A stretch of DNA of 64,000 bases, taken from the NCBI GenBank assembly GCA_027482225.1, contig JAIXWD010000017.1:42436-106435 (forward strand), read 5' to 3'. This DNA is from Bacteroidota bacterium. GTDB taxonomy: Bacteria > Bacteroidota > Bacteroidia > UKL13-3. The notes beneath the pieces are model-generated. The model made no database searches, had not been told where the DNA came from, and was given only the letters and a program-made list of their open reading frames with translations. How positions within the stretch are numbered: the first letter of the stretch is position 1; each line of letters starts with the position of its first letter. Shown piece by piece: positions 58,598 to 64,000 of this stretch. Both the position numbers and the translations under genes were made by a program.

Positions 58598-61228
58598 ATG
58601 AAAATTTTAGACATCAAAGTAATGCGTGGTCCAAATTATTGGAGCGTTCGTAGGCATAAATTAATTCAAATGCGTCTTGATTTAGAGGAGCTTGAGCAGT
58701 TTCCTACAAATAAAATTGAAGGATTTGGTGAGCGTTTGCAAAAGCTTTTTCCTACCATGCATTCACATCGTTGTTCAATAGGCACACCTGGTGGTTTTTT
58801 TAAGCGGGTTGAAGAAGGAACATGGATGGGACATGTAATAGAACACATCGCGTTAGAGTTACAAACACTTGCAGGTATGGCTTGTGGATTTGGCCGAACA
58901 CGCAGTACGGGTAAAGAGGGTGTTTATAATGTGGTGTTTAGTTACATGGAGGAAAAAGCTGGAATATTCACTGCAAATGCATCAGTTCGTATTGCTGAAG
59001 CATTAATTGCTGGTAACGAATATCATTTGGCTGAAGATATCCAAAATTTAAGAGAAATACGTGAAGAAGAACGCCTCGGGCCAAGTACAGGTTGTATAGT
59101 TGATGAGGCTATAGCAAGAGGTATTCCCTATATCAGGTTAAACAGACACTCTCTAGTACAGCTGGGTTATGGTATGAATCAAAAAAGAATTAGAGCCACT
59201 ATTGCCAGCACAACAAGTAGTATTGCTGTAGATATAGCCTGTGATAAAGAAGAAACGAAAAACTTATTAGAAGCTGCAGAAATTCCTGTTCCTCGCGGTC
59301 GAATTGTATACAGCGAGGAAGGTTTGAAAGAGGCACTAGAGCGCATTAGTTACCCCATTGTAACCAAACCTGTTGATGGCAACCATGGTAAAGGTGCCAC
59401 AACTAATATTAACAATTGGGAGGATGCTATACGTGGCTTAGAGGCTGCAAAGAAATACTCGCGAGGGGTAATTGTAGAAAAGTTTATTACAGGGCAAGAC
59501 CATCGCGTGCTGGTTATTAATTACAAATTTGTTGCAGCTGCCATCAGAAAGCCTGCATCTGTAGTTGGTGATGGAATTAGTAATATTCAAGAATTAATTG
59601 ATAAAACAAACGAAGATCCACGTAGAGGCTATGGTCACGAAAAAACTTTAACGCAAATTAAAGTTGACGATTTTACCCTAGATATGCTAGCCAAAACTAA
59701 TCTTAACTTGGAAAGTATTTTACCTAATGGCAAAGAATTACTTTTAAAACCAACGGCAAATTTAAGTACTGGGGGAACCGCAATGGATGTAACCGATTTG
59801 GTGCACCCTGATAACATTTTTATGTGTGAACGTATTGCGCGCATTATAGGTTTAGATATTTGTGGTATTGATATCATGGCAGAAAACTTAACCGAACCAG
59901 TTAAAGATATTGGAGGCGCTATTTTAGAAGTAAATGCTGCTCCTGGCTTCCGCATGCATATTGATCCAGCTGAGGGTATTCCACGAAACGTAGCCGAACC
60001 AGTAATTGATATGTTATACCCCAAAGGAAGTAGTGCACGTATTCCTATCATTGCTGTTACAGGTACTAACGGAAAAACTACTACCACACGCTTAATGGCA
60101 CATATGGTAAAAACCATGGGATATAAAGTTGGCTATACCACAACAGATGGTATCTATATTCAAAATCAGTTAATGTTACGTGGAGATTGCACGGGTCCAG
60201 TAAGTGCAGAGTTTGTATTGAAAGATCCAGCAATTGATTTTGCAGTATTAGAAACTGCACGTGGCGGAATTCTTCGCGCAGGACTTGGTTTTCATAATTG
60301 CGATATTGCTATAGTAACTAATATTGCCGAAGACCATTTGGGCCTGCAAGATATTGATACCATTGAACAACTCACACGTGTTAAGGCTGTTGTGCCCGCT
60401 AGTGTTTTACCCGAGGGTTATGCCATCTTAAATGCAGATAATAAATATGCTGTAAGTATGGCTAAAGAGTGTGTATGTAAAATTGCATACTTTAGCATGG
60501 ACGAAAATAATTCTATAATCAAAGAACACATTAACAAAGGTGGGTTAGCTGCGGTATACGAAAACGGATATGTTACCATTTGTAAGGGTACTTGGAAAAT
60601 TAGAATTGAAAAGGCGGTGAATATTCCGCTTACGTTTGGCGGACGTGCAACTTATAATATAGCCAATGTATTGCCAACATTATTGGCTGGGTTTATTCGT
60701 AACTTTAAAATTGAAGATATACGTGTGGCTCTTCAAACCTTTATTCCTGGTCCTGCGCAAACACCTGGCCGTATGAATATTTTCCGTTTTAAAAACTTTG
60801 AGTTGATGGTGGATTATGCACACAATACATCGGGTTTTGAAGCCATTGGTGAAATGCTTAGTAAAATAGATGCTAACCATGTGGGTGTAATTGCTGGGGT
60901 AGGCGATAGAAGAGACGAAGATACCATTGGGCTTGGTAGACAGGCAGCTAAAATGTTTGATGAAATTGTAATTAGGCAAGATAAAAACTTACGTGGTCGG
61001 ACCGAAGATGAAATTATTGAATTGATAAAACGTGGTATCAAAGAGGTTGATCCTAATAAAAAAGTGACTTCGTTTAAACGTGAATCTGATGCGATTGACT
61101 TTGCCATAAAAAATGCCCGCAAAGGAACTTTTTTAACTATTTGTAGTGATGTAGTACCTGCTGCATTAGACCTAATTTTAGCGTTAAAAGAAGCTGAAGA
61201 TAAAGGAGAAGTCGAGTTGGGTAAATAG
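58598..61228 (+). CDS. cphA: Cyanophycin synthetase CphA1
   Basis: RGPNYWS, N-domain Cx19HxxEH, LGPST, ATP-grasp (KPVDGNHGKG, NLSTGG, EVNAAPG), Mur-ligase domain (GTNGKTT, ETARGG, DYAHN). Confidence 0.96.
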   Translation: MKILDIKVMRGPNYWSVRRHKLIQMRLDLEELEQFPTNKIEGFGERLQKLFPTMHSHRCSIGTPGGFFKRVEEGTWMGHVIEHIALELQTLAGMACGFGRTRSTGKEGVYNVVFSYMEEKAGIFTANASVRIAEALIAGNEYHLAEDIQNLREIREEERLGPSTGCIVDEAIARGIPYIRLNRHSLVQLGYGMNQKRIRATIASTTSSIAVDIACDKEETKNLLEAAEIPVPRGRIVYSEEGLKEALERISYPIVTKPVDGNHGKGATTNINNWEDAIRGLEAAKKYSRGVIVEKFITGQDHRVLVINYKFVAAAIRKPASVVGDGISNIQELIDKTNEDPRRGYGHEKTLTQIKVDDFTLDMLAKTNLNLESILPNGKELLLKPTANLSTGGTAMDVTDLVHPDNIFMCERIARIIGLDICGIDIMAENLTEPVKDIGGAILEVNAAPGFRMHIDPAEGIPRNVAEPVIDMLYPKGSSARIPIIAVTGTNGKTTTTRLMAHMVKTMGYKVGYTTTDGIYIQNQLMLRGDCTGPVSAEFVLKDPAIDFAVLETARGGILRAGLGFHNCDIAIVTNIAEDHLGLQDIDTIEQLTRVKAVVPASVLPEGYAILNADNKYAVSMAKECVCKIAYFSMDENNSIIKEHINKGGLAAVYENGYVTICKGTWKIRIEKAVNIPLTFGGRATYNIANVLPTLLAGFIRNFKIEDIRVALQTFIPGPAQTPGRMNIFRFKNFELMVDYAHNTSGFEAIGEMLSKIDANHVGVIAGVGDRRDEDTIGLGRQAAKMFDEIVIRQDKNLRGRTEDEIIELIKRGIKEVDPNKKVTSFKRESDAIDFAIKNARKGTFLTICSDVVPAALDLILALKEAEDKGEVELGK

Positions 61229-61583
61229 CTTAAAGTTAAACAACAACCTATGTATAGTTAACAATTTTAATATGATTTTAATTTTAAAAGTATGCCCAAA
61301 TCATAATAAACTGAGCTTATATAAAATTTTTAATTAAAAAGTTTTTTAGTCTAAAACACCAACTATATAAATATATATTAATAAACAACGGAATTTTGGA
61401 AAGTTGAAGAAACTTTAAATGTTGCATCAAAACATGATAAATATATAATTCAGAAATGGAAAGAGCTTAATAAGTAATAGGATAAATTAAAGAAGTTTTA
61501 TTTTGCTTTTTTCTGTTTATTAGTAAAGTAAACTTATTATATTAGTGATGAAGTTTAAAACTATATGGTAACTATTATAGTAA

Positions 61584-62150
61584 CTAATATAAGCGTTTGC
61601 TAATTATATCTAAAACGTGGTTATATAATTGTGCTGGAGTAAATTTACGCCAATTCACCGCATCCAAATCTCCACCAAAATTTAGGTAGTAATCAATATT
61701 ATTTCTTCTAAATTCGTCTAATACATGATCTTGAAAGTTAAGTGCCACTAACCAACCATCTTCAATATCTTGAAACCACTCTTCATAATAACAATCATCG
61801 CTAACATGAAAGTTTAATACGTTTTCGCCTATTAAGATAAACTTATTTATACCTTCTGCTATTAGTATTTCAGCTACTTCACGCTTTAAAAGCATCACAT
61901 CATTATTAATGGCATCGTTCCATTCGCCTATTAATTCAATAATGGCATAACCTTCACAGTATTCTGTAAATAATAGTTTTACATATAAGGTATTCGATCC
62001 AAAATCATCCCATTGAGGATGTATCAGGTAATTGTATATCTGATTGGTGAACTCAAACTCGCTGTACTCACGCTCAAAAAAAGGCGACTTGCTGTCGTGT
62101 TCAGCTTGGTAGAAGTCTCTCCACCTATAATGAGGTTCTATATCCTGCAT
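61584..62150 (-). CDS. Hypothetical protein (acidic, aromatic-rich)
   Basis: 188-aa ORF (IHPQWDDFGS, GEWND, DDCYYEEW) with -7 motif TAAATTTG just upstream. Confidence 0.8.
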   Translation of the reverse strand: MQDIEPHYRWRDFYQAEHDSKSPFFEREYSEFEFTNQIYNYLIHPQWDDFGSNTLYVKLLFTEYCEGYAIIELIGEWNDAINNDVMLLKREVAEILIAEGINKFILIGENVLNFHVSDDCYYEEWFQDIEDGWLVALNFQDHVLDEFRRNNIDYYLNFGGDLDAVNWRKFTPAQLYNHVLDIISKRLY

Positions 62151-62287
62151 GGTGCAAATTTAATGCTTCAATTGCTTATTTTGGAAGGCTTTTGAGGAAT
62201 CTTTAAATTTAACAATCAAGGCTTTGTAACTTCATATAAAAATGTATTTTTGCCCACCTAAGTTTAACATAACACTATTAAATTAAC

Positions 62288-63541
62288 ATGGCATATTTAT
62301 TCACTTCAGAATCGGTTAGCGAAGGCCACCCGGACAAAGTAGCCGATCAAATTTCGGATGCTTTAATTGACAACTTTTTAGCTTTTGATCCAGAATCAAA
62401 AGTGGCTTGCGAAACTTTAGTAACTACCGGACAAGTTATTTTGGCTGGTGAGGTTAAGTCTAAAGCTTATCTTGATGTTCAAACCATTGCTCGTGATGTA
62501 ATCAAGAAAATTGGTTATACTAAAAGTGAGTATATGTTTGAAGCAAATTCATGTGGTGTGCTGAGTGCTATTCACGAACAATCAGCAGATATTAATCAAG
62601 GTGTTGATCGCAAGAAAAAACAAGACCAAGGTGCAGGTGACCAAGGTATGATGTTTGGTTATGCTACTGCAGAAACTGACGACTACATGCCATTGGCTTT
62701 AGATCTTGCTCATAAAGTATTAATTGAATTAGCTGCTTTACGCAGAGAAAATAAAGCAATTAAATATTTGCGTCCTGATGCAAAAAGTCAAGTAACCCTT
62801 GAGTACAATGATAAAAACCAACCAGTTCGTATTGACTCAATAGTGGTATCAACACAACATGATGATTTCGATACAGAAGCCAAAATGTTAGCTAAAATTA
62901 AGAAAGATATCATTGAAATTTTGATTCCGCGTGTTAAGACTAAATATAAAAAATTCGCTAAGCTATTTAACAACGATATTAAATACCATATTAACCCAAC
63001 AGGTAAATTTGTTATTGGTGGTCCGCATGGCGATACCGGTTTAACAGGTCGTAAAATCATTGTTGATACATACGGTGGTAAAGGTGCTCATGGTGGTGGT
63101 GCATTCTCTGGTAAAGATCCAAGTAAGGTAGATAGAAGTGCTGCGTATGCTACACGTCATATTGCTAAAAACTTAGTAGCTGCAGGATTGTGCTCTGAGG
63201 TTTTAGTGCAAGTTTCATATGCAATTGGTGTTAAAGATCCAATGGGCATATACATCAATACTTATGGCACATCAAAAGTTAAATTAACTGATGGTGAAAT
63301 TGCTAAAAAAGTAGAAAAAATATTTGATATGACTCCTTACGGAATTGAAACTCGTTTGAAATTACGTAATCCTATTTACAGTGAAACTGCTGCATATGGT
63401 CACATGGGTCGTAAAAACGAAATAGTAACCAAAACATATGTTTCTCCTGATGGCAAAAAAATAACCAAAAAGGTTGAACTATTTACTTGGGAGAAACTAG
63501 ATTACATAGATAAAGTGAAAAAAGCTTTTGGTCTAAAGTAA
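62288..63541 (+). CDS. metK: S-adenosylmethionine synthetase
   Basis: [19 protein letters not shown] and [16 protein letters not shown]. Confidence 0.98.
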   Translation: MAYLFTSESVSEGHPDKVADQISDALIDNFLAFDPESKVACETLVTTGQVILAGEVKSKAYLDVQTIARDVIKKIGYTKSEYMFEANSCGVLSAIHEQSADINQGVDRKKKQDQGAGDQGMMFGYATAETDDYMPLALDLAHKVLIELAALRRENKAIKYLRPDAKSQVTLEYNDKNQPVRIDSIVVSTQHDDFDTEAKMLAKIKKDIIEILIPRVKTKYKKFAKLFNNDIKYHINPTGKFVIGGPHGDTGLTGRKIIVDTYGGKGAHGGGAFSGKDPSKVDRSAAYATRHIAKNLVAAGLCSEVLVQVSYAIGVKDPMGIYINTYGTSKVKLTDGEIAKKVEKIFDMTPYGIETRLKLRNPIYSETAAYGHMGRKNEIVTKTYVSPDGKKITKKVELFTWEKLDYIDKVKKAFGLK

Positions 63542-63560
63542 TCACTGATATCACATATTG

Positions 63561-63595
63561 AAAAGGGCAGAAAATCAATGATTTTCTGCCCTTTT
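63561..63595. terminator. Bidirectional terminator after metK
   Basis: AAAAGGGCAGAAAATC-AAT-GATTTTCTGCCCTTTT 16-bp stem. Confidence 0.85.
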
Positions 63596-63613
63596 AGTTT
63601 TCTTGATGTAATT

Positions 63614-64000
63614 TTAAAAACCAATAAACATAATTCCTGTAGCAAATGCTCTAACATCAGGAGCTTTGCTGTTGTTAAAATAAGGTGTTAACGCATAGTT
63701 GGCAAACAGCTTAACTTCTTTGTAACCAAGTCTAACGGTCCCGTCAACCCTAAAAGCATTTATGTTAAAATCGTCATTAAATGTAAACCTTTCATCAGAA
63801 CCTCTCGCTGTTGTTTCGGTAACAACTTTGGCTGTTGCTGCATATCTTACAATTGCACCTACAGCAATGTGAAATCCACCGTTAGCATTTTTTTTACTGC
63901 CTGGTGCATACTTAATTAGTAAAGGGGCATTTATATCATAGGTGAAGAGCTTATTTTTAGTAAGGGCAACACCTGCATCCGTGCTTGTTAATATATCACT
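63614..64000 (-). CDS. 3' part of an outer-membrane beta-barrel protein (start outside window; not in the ORF track)
   Basis: Open frame ...KNKLFTYDINAPLLI...DDFNINAFRVDGTVRLGYKEVKLFANYALTPYF...GIMFIGF*; alternating beta strands and terminal Phe. Confidence 0.8.
   Translation of the reverse strand, partial: SDILTSTDAGVALTKNKLFTYDINAPLLIKYAPGSKKNANGGFHIAVGAIVRYAATAKVVTETTARGSDERFTFNDDFNINAFRVDGTVRLGYKEVKLFANYALTPYFNNSKAPDVRAFATGIMFIGF

Noticed and set aside
61229-61583. Very AT-rich intergenic stretches (also 25997-26340 and 28950-29200) as ncRNA or origin candidates
   Set aside because: No stable structure, repeats or DnaA-box clusters were recognisable by eye.
62163-62287. SAM riboswitch upstream of metK
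   Set aside because: A -7 motif (62245-62252) leaves only a ~30-nt leader, and no SAM-I or SAM-II consensus is visible.
1261-63060. Numerous 60-160 aa ORFs antisense to or nested in long genes (e.g. 13816-14169, 56549-57016, 59635-60117)
   Set aside because: Shadow frames of well-supported conserved genes with no independent evidence.
1-64000. tRNA, rRNA, prophage or integrase genes
   Set aside because: None recognised anywhere in the window.

Overview
AT-rich Bacteroidota chromosomal segment (TAnnTTTG-type -7 promoter motifs, T9SS C-terminal sorting domain, Bacteroidota-type short RpoD, rplM-rpsI-rpsB-tsf order). It is mostly housekeeping and envelope genes: recJ, a CzcA/CusA heavy-metal RND locus, fabG, dxs, aat, pyrF, a two-component pair, ribosomal genes, surA-moxR, murI, tatC, rpiB, meaB, phoD, two rhomboids, a TPP-riboswitch-controlled TonB receptor with a divergent pnuC-like gene, XRE-Fic, uvrA, a complete cyanophycin cluster (iaaA, cphB, cphA) and metK. 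The stand-out accessory locus is 41627-43501. There a lone ~103-aa GIY-YIG nuclease gene sits inside an array of nine ~100-140 bp nested-palindrome doublets (4 on one side, 5 on the other, plus a decayed half unit). Each doublet is built from conserved TCGA-containing boxes with shuffled variable hairpin modules. This is a REP/REPIN-like architecture, but with a GIY-YIG nuclease in place of an HUH RAYT transposase. Other observations not in the ORF track: a deleted and frameshifted marC pseudogene, a probable IS3-family left-end remnant, a gene broken by one in-frame stop, an internal signal peptide in the CzcA-TolC fusion, and a TPP aptamer with a shortened J4/5. All calls come from reading the sequence; no database searches were run.
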